Shown: positions 40,593-55,914 of the stretch, in pieces
Position numbering within the stretch: the first letter of the stretch is position 1
How the letters are laid out: each line of letters starts with the position of its first letter
NCBI RefSeq assembly: GCF_006345805.1
Contig: NC_043010.1
Location: 64,294,001 to 64,358,000, forward strand
DNA: 64,000 bases
DNA from: Octopus sinensis
Lineage: Eukaryota
Reading direction: 5' to 3'
Program-made: the position numbers and the translations under genes
Notes under the pieces: model-generated
The model's database searches: none
What the model was told of the DNA's origin: nothing
Seen by the model: only the letters and a program-made list of their open reading frames with translations

Positions 40593-41098
40593 ATGAAAAT
40601 TGACAGGAAAATCCACAAGCTTCTGACTTGTAATAAGATGCACCATCCAAAGGCAGACGTGGATCGCCTTTACCTTCCCAGAGCTCAGGGAGGTCGAGGT
40701 TTGATCCAGCTTGAACTTACATACAAAACCACAACAATTGGACTGGCCAAATACCTTGAAGCAACCAACGATTGGATGCTAAAACTTGTTGAAAAACATG
40801 AAAGGCCTAAAAAAATTCATTCTATTCTCAAAGAGAGCAAAAAATTCGCTGCTGATCTCTTAGATACCCACCAGATTGAGCAGGCTGAAGGAAATGCACC
40901 AACTACAGCTGTAATTAAATAAAATTAATTGCAAAGACAAAAGCACATGAAAATTTAGCTAGCAGATGGGAACAGAAACCTTTCCATGGCAAGTATGTGG
41001 CCCGTAGCAAACAAGCTGATATCGACCAGAAACACACGCACCAATGGTTACGAAGTTCAGGGCTAAAAGCAGAGAGTGAAGGTTTCATATTAGCTGCT
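40593..41098 (+). mobile_element. R4/Dong fragment, 3'-deleted
   Basis: ORF 40593..40922 KMHHPKADVDRLYLPRAQGGRGLIQLE. Joined directly to the next R4 copy at tagctgct|tagcgattgg. Confidence 0.85.
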
Positions 41099-43117
41099 TA
41101 GCGATTGGAAACTTCCCATGTCCTGATTGATGGTACATCTAGTGATGGGGTCACAATAAAAATACTGGTAATTGTGCAATCTGATAATCGCTATCTCATA
41201 TGAGTGACGATGAAAAATATTGTGAATAATGGTAGTAATGAAACTGAAATCCATGATTGTGACAGCGTTGCACCTGGCAGGCTCACAGCTACTGGTCCGA
41301 CTCCCGCCTGTCGTTATCCAGCAAGGGATCCGACCACACAGATTAGATGGAACTAACAAATCAATGCTGTGGTCATGGAATGTTACTACCTGAGCAACCC
41401 TAACCCTGTAGACGAAAATATTGTTCATATATTAGGGGATACCGACAACTTATGTATGATCAAGGAAGAGAGAGAGGATAGTTTCAATACACAGAACAGA
41501 GATTATGTGATCAAGATAGAGAAATAAGAAAAAAATCGTTGGTTCCTGGAAGTATAGCTCGAAGCTATCAAAAGACGGGTATTGGGAAACAGCAGTAGAG
41601 GAAACGATGAAAATGCTGTTCTTACCGATAAAAGTAATCTCATAGTAGAAAGCAGAGGTGAGATCTCTAATAAACCACAGGAAAGGAACAGTGATAACTT
41701 GCTCGATGAGAGACATGAAATTCTGAAATACACGAGAACAAAAAAACATTACAGAAACAAAAAATTTGATCAAGGCAGCAAGTATTGCTGTAGCAGAAAA
41801 TATAGATGATGATGTCAAGAAAAAGATATATAATGGGAGTGACAAAAGAAAAAAAATCCATGGTAGAAAAAAAGAATACAGGTGGGGTTAAATATGCTCC
41901 CGAAAGTCATTACTGGTGAAACCGAAAAGAGAAGAGGTTACTTAAAAACGAATAAAAATACATGACACCGAACAGGAAGTATGATACTGAAAGAAAGGGC
42001 CTAAAAGTGGTAATAGAAGAACTGAAACAGCACTTCGTTGCAAAGAAAGCAAAGATGGTAAGATACGACCAAAGAATGAAGGGTTACCACCAGCATGTGT
42101 TATTCAGAGTAGATCAGAAGAGATTCTATAAAGGAATAAATGGAGAATGTACAGATGAAAAGTTGATACCAGATAACAATGAAAGTCAAAGATGTTCGAG
42201 TCACATCTGGAGCAAAGATAAGGAGCACGAAAAGGATGCTGAATGGTTATGGTTGCAAGAACTGAAACAAACAGTAGTCTGTCCAAAACAGACAGGACTA
42301 GTCATTTCAGTTCGGAAAGTGAAGGAAAGAAGCAAAAAAAAAAAAAAGGAGCAACTAGAAGGCCCCGGGATCAGATAGAGTTCAAGGCTACTGGATCAAA
42401 TGATTTGGTGAATGTCATGCACGAATAGCTGCACAAATCAACACCTTGTTAAATGCCGACCAAGTAACACCAGAGTGGTTGACATTGGGTAGGACAGTGC
42501 TGTGCTTGAAAAACATCGAAAAAGGCAATATGGTACACAACTACTGGCCAATATCTTGTTTGCCACTTATGTGGAAACTATTAACTGGAATACTTGCAGA
42601 GTCAATGTACGAACATCTGGAAAAAAATTTGGAGTCCTGCCACATGAGCAGAAGGGTTTCAAGCATAAGTGCAGAGGTTACAAGGATCAACTCCTGATAG
42701 ACAAAACTGTTCTTAGAGACTGTAAGAGGAAGAAATGTAACTTAGCCATGTCATGGATCGACTATTGTAAGGCGTACGATATGATCCTACATTCTTGAAT
42801 TATGGAATGTATGAACCTATTTGGTATTGCATCGAATGTTGGAAAAAGTATGGTGAATTGGAGGACGGACCTGGCAGCATACGAAAGAAGTTTAGGGAAA
42901 GTAGAAATCAGAAAGGCTTCTTCCAAGAGGACTGCCTGTCTCCATTGATCTTTGTACTGTGCTTGATTTCACTAACACTGATTCTCAGGAAAGCAAAAGC
43001 TGGGTATGTATTCAAAAGCCACCAACAAATAGTCAACCACTTGTTATTCATGGATGACCTCAAACTTTATGGTAAAGATGAAGCCCAAGTCAGTTCCCTC
43101 GTTGATACGATGTACTA
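41099..43117 (+). mobile_element. Decayed R4/Dong-clade element (N-terminal region + RT)
   Basis: Paralog of 17729-19756 with the same RT motifs. Confidence 0.85.
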
Positions 43118-43583
43118 GCAAGTTGAGCGATTGCTGAGAGATTTGGCTTTCTTATTTGTTTGTATATCATTGCTTTTGTTGTTGCTGATGATGTTATTTG
43201 CATTTGGGTAAACTCAGATCGAGAAGACAGTCCCATGTTATTCAACCACTACTACTGCTGTTGTTTATATTCTGATGAATCCTGACTGATTAGAAAGATC
43301 TACGGTTATAGATATTCCACCCGTGGCCATCTTAAGAGATATTTAGGTCTCCATTGTTTAATGTTTCTTGTTTGTAGTCTAACAGGGTATTGTTTGAGGA
43401 AGATTTGGTCGCTGTTACTAGCAGATCAATCGAAAATATTGAGGCGCCGTAGTTGGTTAAACGATTTCCTATTATGGTTGTCTTGTTCATCAGTCATTGC
43501 TTGGTTTGTTTCCATCTTTTCATTTATGAAACGAGTTCTTTACTGTTTTACGCAATATAAAATATAATACGTTTGTTTCACAG

Positions 43584-43718
43584 TCTGCCAAGGAGGCACA
43601 TATGGACTACGTTGCACCAAAAGATGTAACTGTATGAATAATGACGCCTGCAACCCGATTCATGGCGCATGTCCTAGCGGCTGTGCAATGGGACGCATGG
43701 GTTCCGACTGTCAGCAAA
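43584..43718 (+). CDS. EGF-like exon A3
   Basis: tttcacAG acceptor, GTAAGT donor, 135 nt. CQGGTYGLRCTKRCNCMNNDACNPIHGACPSGCAMGRMGSDCQQ. Confidence 0.92.
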
Positions 43719-44398
43719 GTAAGTATACGTCTATACTAATAATCAAACTATTTCCCCACAACTCACACACATGATCTGTTCTTAACTTTAATTAAGTGGG
43801 ATACAAGTGCATAAACTCATTAAAAATTGTTTTCTATTTGATATTGAGATGTCTTACTTAAAATTTTGATTGTTATAATCTTACTTTAACAATGTCTATC
43901 TCACCTATATACATGTATTGTATATATACATGTATTGTACGTACATGTATTAATTAATTCAAGTTTTCGTACTCTCTACAAGAGCATAAGTATAGAAATA
44001 CTTATTTTGCTAAGTATTGAATTATGTTGAACTAGCACTATGAGCCGGCAACGCCGGGTCATAGTGCTAGTGCATGCATATACAGCTGCGTGCGTGCACA
44101 CATACACGCGAATACTGTCCAAATCTCCGACCAATCACATACAGCTAGCTGGCATTCAATTGGCGTATCAAGTTTCAGGCATTTTGATTGGGTTTTGGAA
44201 AGAAAATTCACAAAAAAGTCACATCTATTGATTTTTTAATGGCTTTACAGGGTGACTGGCAAAATGTAAAGATGTGCTCGACCACCCTTGGACGGTTTTG
44301 AATGACCATAGAAAGTGCGAGCCCTCTAACTGAAAAATTGTGGATACGTATAAAGGACACACACGCAGACATTTTGCCGTTTATATATATAGAGCTTA

Positions 44399-45871
44399 CT
44401 AGCAGTATCGCCCGGCGTTGCTCGGGTTTGTAAAGGAAATAACTATATATGCATTTTTAGAGAGTTATAGCCCAAAAGTAGCAAAAAAATGCATTAAAAA
44501 TGGAAAAAAAATTAAGGTAAATTTTTTTTTTTTAATTCGTAGACACATCGTAGATATTTTTAGAGAGTTACTTCCCTTATATAATAGCGAAAAAAATGCA
44601 TTAAAATGGAAAAATATGATGGTAAATTTTTTTAAAATCGTAGACTCATCGTAGACGCGCGCTAATACCCAGAAGGGCTCGATATGACTCACGACTTTAA
44701 GATACCCGCTTTTGGTGAAACTGCACCGCAAAATGTGGGAGTAGTTACGAATCTAAATTGTAGGAGACAGACACACAACTTCAGTTTCATATATAAATAA
44801 AAATATAAGCCACGTAGTTATATACACATACTTTGTTATATACACATTCTTAAAAGAAAATGTTATTTTGAACACAACATTTATAAAGAATAAAATATTT
44901 TTTGGTTTTTCTTAACCCTTTCGTTACTATATTTCTGACCAAAATACACCCCTTATGTGTTTCAATTATTTTCTAACGTAATCATAAATTTAGTCTGGTT
45001 TCATTAAACAACAATAACTTTTTTATTTATCAATATATTAACATGAATTTTGGAAGATAATTTAATGAAATGTTCTCAACCAATTTTATACTATAATTTT
45101 TGTCACAAAGGTAGATACAGGTAAATTCAACAATATATAAAATTATTAAAATTTTGTTCAAACATCGCTATAGAAAATGGGTTATTAGCTAATATTCAAT
45201 TGGGTATACAACAAAATTTTACGATAGAATTTGTTATTCTGGGTAACTTTCTGATACCCATAATAATATTTATGGCAAAATAGGCCTTAATTTCATTTAA
45301 GGTTATGGGAAATAACAAACTATCCTTTCTTTCGCTTTGTTTACGTTTAGCGTAACAGTTCGTTTCCGCCGTAATGATTTCAAATAGGCTCATTCGAAAA
45401 AGTAAAAGGAAATAGTCTAAGGCTTTACTCTTCTGGGAAAGTCTGTGGCTTGGTCCAGTTTCTTCAGAAAAATCACCGAAAGAAACAGTTTTTAAATTTT
45501 CACTCCATTCAGGTGCCAATTCATTTTCTTTATCGCTGTCGGATTCACTGTTTTCACTTTAATCGTTGCACACTTGCAAAGAGAAAGGAGTAATTAGGGT
45601 GATAGCGTCAGTGAAACAGTTCGCTCCGTTTGTGTGTGTGTGCGTGTGCTGTAGCCCACACTAAGAAAAGCATTTGACATACACACCACAATGTGAGTTT
45701 TCTCTAAATTTTGCTTAATTGGGGTTGAAATTTTAAAAACTGGACCTGGCACGACCCGATGCATTTTACTCTTAAAAATGCTAGGTAAATTGTAATTGAA
45801 GAAATCCTATATTGTAGATTTCTATAAGAGACAAAGGGAGGCAGATAAAATCTGCCTTTTATAATAAGAGA
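44399..45871 (-). mobile_element. Non-autonomous Helitron, single copy
   Basis: Same termini. Sits between A and T; empty site at 5341/5342. Confidence 0.87.
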
Positions 45872-46274
45872 TTAAGGAAAACTGAGGGAAGTAAATGTGA
45901 ACAACAGACATGTTTAACATCCTAGAATTTGTGGAAGTAACACCCACACAGGTAAAGTTACCTCTCCGTATCTAATGCACTCAGTACATGAATATCTTAA
46001 TGATGATAAAGATGATCATGTTGTTGTTGTTGTTGTTGTTCTGGTTCTTCTTCTACTTCTCCTCCTCCTCCTTCTTCTTCTTCTTGTTTACGTTCAAATT
46101 ACCCCCAAGTCGACTTTGCCTTTCATCCTTTCAGGGTCGATAAAGTAAGTAGTCGTTGAGTACTGAGGTCGATGAAATCAACTCATCACCGACCCCAAAC
46201 TTGCTGCCCTTGTTGCAAAATCATCATCATCGTAGTCATGATCATCATCATCATCATCATCATTATTATTATTA

Positions 46275-46309
<35 letters not shown>

Positions 46310-48566
46310 TTATATATTATTATTATTATTATTATTATGGTGAGTTGGTAGAATCATTAGTATGCCGAGTAAAATACTAAGCAGCATTTTCGTTCGACCT
46401 TATGTTCTGAGTTCAAATTCCGTCGAAGTCGATTTGCCATTTCATCATTTCGTGGTCAATAAATTAAGTATCAGTTGAACACTGGGATCGATGTAATCTA
46501 TTTACTCCCTTCCCCGATCTTGCTGGCCTTGTGCCTAAATTTGAAATAATCATTATCATTATAGCAAATGCATATATCACCTCGGTGGTGTACTATCGCC
46601 AAACTGTCGTACCTGTCCTAAGACAACCTAGACCAGATAGGAGCGCTTACTTTTTTGATTGTTATGGTCAGAAAAATCAATTGATGCCGGCATTCACACT
46701 GTGGTGGTCTTGGGATGACATCATTGAGGATGAGGTGCCAAGTCTTAAAGCTGTATCACCTACAGAGATATGTAAATCACAGCGATGATGTGAACGACGG
46801 CAGGGAAAATAAGAAGGGGCTTTTCTGCAGCATTTCTTGTTGACAGAACTCTAGTCGTGGATCAAACGAAGACCAAAGTTGAGTATTTGGCATCTAGAAT
46901 ATTGCCAGGAACTCATTGAATTGCATTAGCTGCACAAAACCGTTACCGGGAAAACACCTCAAGATTTCTGGGGCGTTGGGCTAGTTGAGGGTGTGAGCGA
47001 TGATGGTTTAGGATTGAATCTAGGCCTTGACAGAAGATCTTCGGGTCGAAGATCATGAACACTTTCTAAAAGTCTTTGGTATAGCAGTACTACAGTGAGA
47101 CATTGCCTGTTAGAGAATAACTCTTCAGGCATGGAAGATCCAACAGCCGAGCCTGCTTGAGATGCATGCAGGGCGACGAAACCGTCTTGCATGCAATAAT
47201 TCAGTGTCCGTACATTGGAGAAAGAAATAATATCTGACATTCAGCACATCTCGAGAGCCAAGCAATTTGTGGGTATTTGATTGCTCTTCAAGATTGAAGT
47301 TCTGGCCGTCAAATACTCTGTGGTCCCTGTCGGAGCGAAAAACATCTTCTCTATCCATCGTATTAGGAAGGAGGACTGTGAGAGTGAAGATCTCAAGAAT
47401 TCCACCTGAGTTAAATTTATGGTGGATTTTAGCGTGCGTCGTATTGGGAGGGAATAACAGCCGCCTGGAGGTGAAGCGAACCCGTCATGGAAATTGGTCT
47501 GGGATTAGTGTGAAGGTACTACTCTACATTAAACCAGACACAATCCACAAGATCCCAGATCTCTTTGGTATTCTTGGAATAAGAATTGCTGCATCTTACA
47601 GTTGATGTTAGAAGGCCATGGCACCACCTACGTGGAGGTTGAGGGGTTGGCCACTAGAAAGCTTTCTCTTCTAAACAGAAGATAGGGAACAATAGGGCCT
47701 ACTTATTGTCAATAACATGTCCCGGTAGGCCACAAGTCAGCTATCAGTGAACAACAATAAAGGCTGCAACAACTCTGGAAACAACAGCATCATCAACAAG
47801 AACAACAAAGTCTGCAAATGCTGGAAGAAACCAAGGAATACAACAACATCAACAATACCAATAACGCGAGTAACAGATGCACCACCACCACCACCCTCAG
47901 CAGAAAGAATAATTATAACATACACCCGACACTCAGGGTGTCCCTTTCAACGAATCCCGGCCTCTCCTGTCCCCATTCCATCTCCTTTAAGGTCAAATAC
48001 ATACAGACTTGCACTCTGATTCTACAGATACTGATACCTCTGCAACACAAAGTGAAAACGAGGGAGAAACCCCACCTGAAAAAGAAACATAAAAAGCATA
48101 AAGTATCATTCCCCTTGCCAACGCACACAAAAATCCTTGAAAATATGCTCAAAACATCCACAAACACACCTAGAGTAACGCCAACCTCTCTTGTACTACG
48201 ATAACCAACACATCCACTGCTATTACAACCATCTCCACCAATACTAGCACCACTGCATCAATTCACAAAAAGAAAACACCCCAAGCAATAACAACCAATC
48301 ACAAACACAAAACTTAGTGCTAGTGAGGAGGGCTCTCACAGCACAAAGAAAAGAAATATATATATATACATCCGTTTATATATATATATATATACACATT
48401 TTTTTTCACTCCTTGTTTTTTTGCTGTGTCCCTTTCTGTAGAAGAGCGTAGGCTCGAAACGTAAAGGATTTTTTCTATTCCTGAGCGTTATACTAATACA
48501 TCTGTTTGTTTTGTACACCACCTGTCTTCGTCTTTTGTTTTTTTCATAAACTCTCCCTATATATCT

Positions 48567-48618
<52 letters not shown>

Positions 48619-48631
48619 GAGAGAGAGAGGG

Positions 48632-48684
<53 letters not shown>

Positions 48685-51600
48685 GAGAGGGTGAGAGGGT
48701 AAGATCATCGGCGCCACCACCGTTCTAGTGACAGAAACATTAATGATAGTGCGTATGACTGTGGAAACATCTAAAAGCATTAGGGAACTCCTAATGTAAA
48801 ATCTACTGATTGGCAACTCCTAATGTAAAAGCCATGAGTAGGCCTTTAACGGGGTTTCCAAAGGAACCCTAAGATATGGAATTTGAACCACCTGACCTTC
48901 AGTGGTACTTGGTGAGTATGTAGGCCTAAGTTTTTCTTCAACCTCTTTCCGATCATCATGGTGGGCTTAAGAGTGAGTTGTACAAATGTTCATGATTTGT
49001 GGTCGCTCTGGAAGCAAGGTTATCTGCTCAACGACCTCAGGTTACTAACTACGGATGTGACGGCCGTCAGCGAAACCAGGACTTCTGACGCAGCGATCTA
49101 ACACCTATTTTCGACAATTTTAAGATTTACGCATCTTTCGGCTTGGAATGGGAAAAGGAGCGGCAGTGCTGTTTAGCAAAGGCCTGCATTTCGAGGTACA
49201 GCAGATCCTCCTGGGCCCGGATGGTAAGTTGATGGCCCTAGATGTAAGCAATAGCGAAGGTAGTGTTTTTAGATTTGTCGCTCTGTACATCCCAACTGTT
49301 TCACTAATGGTAACCACATCTAAATCAAGAAACCTGAGATCGTTGAGTAAGTGTCCTTGCTTCCAAGCTGATCCCAAGCCACGCACATTCACGCCCCAAC
49401 TCTCATCATAGTCGTGCTAGTTGCAGAAAGAAAAAGAAATCGCTCACCTTGATTTTCGCGAATCCCGGAAGTTTCGGGCCTCTCTATTGGCAAATGTTTT
49501 TTAAAAGGCCCTCCCAAAAGCCTTTTGTCAATTGATTTTTTTAAATCCCACACTAATTAGGAATTTTTCGCTGAGTGTTTTTAAAAGTCTGAGGACATTT
49601 TAACTAATAATCTGTCCTTCGGAGTTTGAAGATGAAATCCTTAAATTCCTTTCCCTGTGTCGTAGTTTTGATTTTATTTTCATTTACAAAATCCATCAAT
49701 TCACTGTTGCATTTGTTCACAAAGTGAAATTGATGGATACATTTCACCTAAAATTGAAAGTATTTTCTTGTTTTTGCAGTTTCATTATTGGCTGTTTCTA
49801 TGTTTTCAAGTTATTGTTGAAGATGCTCCTGTTTTTGTAAAAGTTGTCGTTGTTATTTTTGTTGGAGTGGTTGCGAATTGGGTTGCAGTAGTGGTGTTTG
49901 ACTTTCGTCTTGCTGTGTTCTTGAGCAAGTGTAAGTACTTTCCTCCCCTTTCGTCTCTTCCTCTTTGTCACAGTGATACATTATTCGGTCTGCTCTTCTC
50001 TCTCCATATCATTGCTGTTGATGTTGGTTTGGGAGGCAGGACATCCAGGTGAAGCTTGATTTCCGTGGTAGCCGGGAGTAGACTTCTTTGTATTGGTGTG
50101 GGCGAAGGAATCTTGAGCACGTTTCTCCATGATTTTGTGTTTGTGATGTTGGTAGCAGTGGGAGTTTTGTTTTCCTTGCTTGAGGGCAGAAAGCCTTTAA
50201 ATGGTTCACATATATGGCATCTTGGTTTTCTACCCTCCATTAACACTGACAGGTGAGTACCATCCGGGAGGCCTATTAGGTTAGGTAGCTCTTCGATATA
50301 GGTTTGCATACATTGTAATGTTAGTTTCATACCTATACATGACCAGTTTTGTTGAGGTATTTTCTTTATCTCCAAGATAGTCACGTTGTCTTCCTCTATT
50401 CTTGCCAAGACGGCGGCCACTAACCATCTGGCGATGGATATTTCTGGCGATATTTCACGTTCATCACCACAGCTTTAGCAAGGTGTTAGCTGCAATAGCT
50501 TCAATCGTCCCAAATTTCTTTCCTCGGATGATGTGGGTCTTCTATTGTCACGCGCATTCAAAGCATTTCTGGATTTGGCTTTCAGAAGCATTTTTCATTC
50601 GGAGCGATTTTACTCCAATGCAGCAGTATGTAACCGAGTATCTTAAGATGTTTCCGATCACGTCGAGTGGAGAGTTTTGGGAAACTTTTCCTCCATTTCT
50701 TTGAAAGATTTTTTGGGCCAATTTCAATTCTTCTTCGTCGATGGGGAAATCTTCAAGATTTCTCGTAGCATTTACAAAAAAAATAAATAAAATAAAAAAA
50801 ATCCTAATTCCAGGATCCCTTGCTGCTTTAGCGGCTGCAGCGGAGACTGTTGTGGCGTCTATGGCGGTAGTGATGTTCACGTTTCCTTTAAAATTTTCTC
50901 TGTTTATCTTTCCTTCTTTAACTTTCACTTCGTTATCATCGGTATTGCTGTTGACGTTGTTGTTGTCGTCATCGTCGCCGTCGTCTTCGTATGTTTTCTT
51001 TAATTGCTACTTCACTATTTCAGCATTGTTTAGAGACGAAGATGTATTCAACACGGTTTTCTTTTTCGCTGGCATGGTGGTCACATACTGTAGTCAATGG
51101 TATGCCAGTATTCACTTTTTTCTCCGACAAGGAACACATCCCGTCTTCGAACATTATAATGACTTCTTTATCGGCCATGTTTCAATATATATGGAAAATA
51201 AGAAAATATTTGTCTTCTCCATTAGTTGGCCCCCAAAAAAAAAAATTAATGCGCATCCCCTGCAAAACAGAATGCATTTCTAAGTAAAAATACTATTAGC
51301 GCAGTCCAGGCAATGTCACAAACAAGGTGGTGATAAAAAAAACGAAAGAACCGTGACTTAGAATTCCGAAAAAATTATGAACACTACTACAACTTACTGA
51401 GCTTCGAGTTACCGTGTCTCCCTAGTAGGGCGGCCATAAAAATTATACTTACTACTACTACTACTACTACGTTAACATTTCAACATCATGACCTACCCCT
51501 TGGCTGCCTTTAGAAGAAACCACTCTGTCGCATTCCGGATCGTCTCTGCTCTGAGTATAAATTACCCCGTATCTTCCACCAGTTTTTGAATTCCTCCTGC

Positions 51601-54540
51601 TGCTGCTGCTGCTGCTGCTGCTACTGCTACTGCTACTACTACTACTACTACTACTACTACGTTAACATTTTGTAGAATATGCTTCAAAGTTAATAATACC
51701 TGGGTTTTTTCTTACAAGAATACTATAGCTGTTGGAATTTATATTCTCACTCAATCTTAAAGTGCAAACACGACTATGAAGACATTAAAGATTCATTTTC
51801 AGCCGTAGGTTTCATACTTCGAAAAATTTGGGAGATATCAGTATCAGTCGATTAAACCAATTCCGGTATTGGTAAATTTTCTTTAATATTATTAATTCTG
51901 GAAGGATGAAAAGTGGAGTTAATGTCAGTTAACTTCAGATCCTAATGAAGAGTTAACTTCAGACGTAAATGGCCAAAGCTAAATACTGCAAGGATTTGCA
52001 ATACACTGCAACAATTCTTTCAATTTAGTATCTTTTTTCTATGTCTCATCAAAAGGAAACAAAAAGAAATCAACAAATTCATTATAAATCTAAATTTATT
52101 TCATGAGGTATCAAAATTTTCGTCACGCAGCTGTAAAATGGTTCTTGACATAGATCCACTGCAATGCTGAGTTAGTGACCAATTCGCTGTTGTGTGTCAA
52201 TATGTTTAACATCACGTCAAATTTTATGAGATTTAACGGTTTTGTGTGCTATTGATTAAATGGCTGTTCGACGAGGTAGTAGATTCAAGTTACTTTCTTG
52301 TACAACTAGGAAATATAAACAAATTAAACCAGAGGGATCTGTTTGGTACTGACTTCCTTATTAAGTAAATAGATTTAGTTATGAATGAGAAACGGATATT
52401 GATATTTTTATCAATATATTTCAATGTTTGAATTTATTAAAGATAAACGTACCTATTTTCTTACAAGAATACTATAGCTGTTGGAATTTATATTCTCACT
52501 CAATCTTAAAGTGCAAATACGACTATGAAGACATTAAAGATTCATTTTCAGCTGTAGATTTCATACTTCGAAAAATTTGGGAGATATCAGTATCAGTCGA
52601 TTAAACCAATTTTTCCTTTCATCCTTTTGGCGTCAAGAATATAGAACTAATCCAATATTTTTTTTCCTTCTTGAAAAAATCGGCTTTTAGTGGGAGATAC
52701 GATACACAAAGTTTAAAATGATGAAGATGTGCATGTATTAAATCTAGTCATATTTAATTAAATTTTCAAACAGAATCGAAACAAAAACAGCTACTTAACA
52801 CATCTTTATGAGATTTATACATACCTTATTTCTTCTTCAATCTATTTTTTTTTACATGTAATGCTAGTAAATAAAGGAAGTACTTTATATTAAGTACATT
52901 ATTTTGTCTTTTCTGCTTTAAAATATTGTATTATTGTCGTGGCACATCTAATTACACCTCGAGGTAAATCATTGTATTGCAACGCCCAGTTTGGGTATTA
53001 TTACAAGATTATTAAAATTCGTAAAATAGAGAAGTTCATATATAGTAAAGAAAAGTAAATTTAGACATCAGAGAAGGTCAGTTTCCGAAGAAATAAAATA
53101 CCTCTCCTAATTTCTCTGTCAAATTGGAGATAATGGATTAATCAACAAAGAGTTAATGACAGAGATTAGAAGATAGTTTAATCCGCCAAGTCTTTGGAAG
53201 AAAAGGATCGGATTTCTGAAGTCTGAGTGTCTGACTTGTAGAGCGGACAGTTTATAAGCAGACATATGCGATTTTGTTGAGTAGTACTTAACAGGGGCAA
53301 CTATTGGTATAGTAGTTACTCAAAATATATGTTTAGATAAGAGTAAAGATTTTAAAAATATTTAAGCCATGAAATATAAGAGAAATTCAGTATAGTTACC
53401 ACAAAGATCCAAACTCTACCCATTCCTTTTAATCTTAAACTGCACATAACTTCCAATAACAGATATGCATCACTATCATATGTTACTTTCATTCCTCATT
53501 CTAAGTTAGTCCTAAAAATGAAATCACTCCAAAGCTAACGAAGAACAAATTATGTTGGTACAGCAAAATCTAACCCTTACAATCTCTATAACTCCATTAG
53601 CAAACATTTGCATACACAACGCCTTCACAACTACTGCAATATCAATCTCTCATACTCCTTCAAACATATCTGTTACACAGCCCAACACTGCTACAACACC
53701 AAAGGACCACGAAAGAAATTTTGTAGGATTGATTGATTTGTTAAAAATAGCAGCCAAATGCCATTCAAATTGCATTCTCCATCTTAAAAAGATATTTTAC
53801 ACTTAAAACTAACAGTGAATGACGGAATACCTTAGATATCTGATCAAGGCTAACAGTGGTCAAAGCAACAACAATTTCAACACTACTCTGAAGAGAATAT
53901 CCGTCCAGGGAAACACACACACACAATCCTGACCTGCAAGAAATAGTAGCCAAATTTTCCTCAAATCACACACTACCCTCATATACAAAGAAAGAATAAA
54001 TAAGACAATTTAGCTATTCAGATACTGTATACATTCTCTGAAAATAATCTGGGTGGTCATTGTTTTGGGGCCAAACAACTCCAAGAACCACCTTAAACGC
54101 TCCCTAGATTTCACATTTGTCCTCGAGGAGTTCATCACTTGAACCGACAAGCATACAAAAATAGACTGGGCAAAAAAAGAAACACATGTCCCAACTGACA
54201 ATAATTCATATTCAGGATGTATTAGTGCGAAGGCCCACCAAGTGGTGAAGGCTTCGTATATCAAGTGTAATAGATCTGTGACTTGCACTTACTCTTTCGA
54301 TCAACTATTATAGATATGCTCATCGTATCTGATTTTAAAGTGAACTCCGCAAAAACAGAAACAGCATTTGATAAATGGCATCGTAAGGAAATCCTTCACA
54401 TAATTCTTTCGGTAGCTTTTAACTTGTCTCTTCTAATTCTTAATTCATGTAGTTGGTAAAGTGTATCTGATATTTTAAACTTTAACAGAGTCTGTGTAAC
54501 GTCAAATCTGGTGGATATTAAAAGAAATTGTTCTTTTCAG

Positions 54541-54675
54541 GGTGTCCTGAGGGATCGTATGGTTCTGGCTGTAAAGAGAGATGCACCTGTCCTTTTCGTT
54601 GGAATTGTGACAGAGTCAATGGAAAATGCCCCTATGGATGTCCAGCTGGTTACAAGGATGGCACTTGTAAAATAG
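54541..54675 (+). CDS. EGF-like exon B3
   Basis: ttcttttcAG acceptor, GTAAAA donor, 135 nt. CPEGSYGSGCKERCTCPFRWNCDRVNGKCPYGCPAGYKDGTCKI (inside ORF 54528..54911). Confidence 0.92.
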   Translation, partial: GVLRDRMVLAVKRDAPVLFVGIVTESMENAPMDVQLVTRMALVK

Positions 54676-55495
54676 GTAAAATAACGTTTGCTTTCTGTTG
54701 TCATTGTGTATTGCAATTGTTGCTCTTTTTAGTTATGTATTCTGAGATGCTAATACAAGATATAGCAAAGATTACCAACAAGGGTGACAGTACTGTGTGT
54801 GACATGGAACAGTGTACTAACAATGTACTTGCTTTTTCAACAAAATATAAAAAGAAGGGAGACAACAGGATATACAAACTAGAGAAACAACAGCCTAAGC
54901 TAACAACATAACAATGTATACTAACAAGGGGTACAGCAAGGGGTACATCACAGGGAACGGCAACTTGTGATGACAAGGGAAGTAATAACATGTATTGTCA
55001 ACGTTGACTGCATAGTATACTAACATGGGCGAAGAACGTGTGCTAACAGGGAAGATAACAAAGTATGCAAGAGTCGCACAGTGTGTACTAAGGAGGGAGA
55101 TGGCAGAAGATTGTGTGCCTGAAGACATCTAACTAATTGCTTGAAATAGTCGTCTGTCTTATACATTTTTAGATTTCTGTTGGTTAAAGTTTTTGACTTT
55201 ACAAAGTTTTGGGTTGGTTGATTTACTAAGAAGCTAGTTTAGCTTGTTTAAGGTTTGATTTCGATGCAAAAAAAGTTTGGCAAATATCTTCTGTGAAAGT
55301 CCTGGTTTGATTCAAGCCTTGTGAATGAAACAAACCATCTGGAAGCTTCAGGAAAACTCTGTGAAATTTGCAAAAGAATATGTTTCTGTCTTCAGTTGGT
55401 GTCAACTATGATACCAGTAATATTATGTTACTGATATTTAAAAGGCAACAATAAATTCGTAAGTTAAAACGTGTTTCTTCTGGGTTTTTTTTCAG

Positions 55496-55627
55496 TATGC
55501 CCTAGAGGCACATATGGATATGACTGTAAGGACACCTGTCATTGTCGTTACAACGTATGCAACAAACAATATGGTACTTGTAAGTATGGATGTGCTGTTG
55601 GATATCGGGGTATAACCTGTCAAGCAT
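55496..55627 (+). CDS. EGF-like exon C3
   Basis: tttttttcAG acceptor, GTGAGT donor, 132 nt. CPRGTYGYDCKDTCHCRYNVCNKQYGTCKYGCAVGYRGITCQA. Confidence 0.92.
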
Positions 55628-55914
55628 GTGAGTATGAAACAACTGATTATACCATTGGAATTATGAAGTAATTTCAAAGTGAATATATTTAGTTCAAATC
55701 ACTTATGGACGAATTTTATGTTAGGACTTCACCTGACGGAATTTATCTGGCCTTCTGTGATTGGCCTAGTGTAATTCTTTTCCTCATTTGACTGAAAATT
55801 ACCCTGTCAACCTACTCTCTTTAGGATTTTCTTTTGAAGTATATTTTTTTGTTTCGCTTTCTAATTTGTCCTTGCGAAATCGACTCTTTTGTTGTTCCTG
55901 TAACAATAAAAGAT

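Noticed and set aside
54528-54911. 127-aa ORF as a single-exon gene
   Set aside because: Only 54541-54675 is the EGF exon. The rest is intron read-through that is closed by a stop in units 1 and 2.
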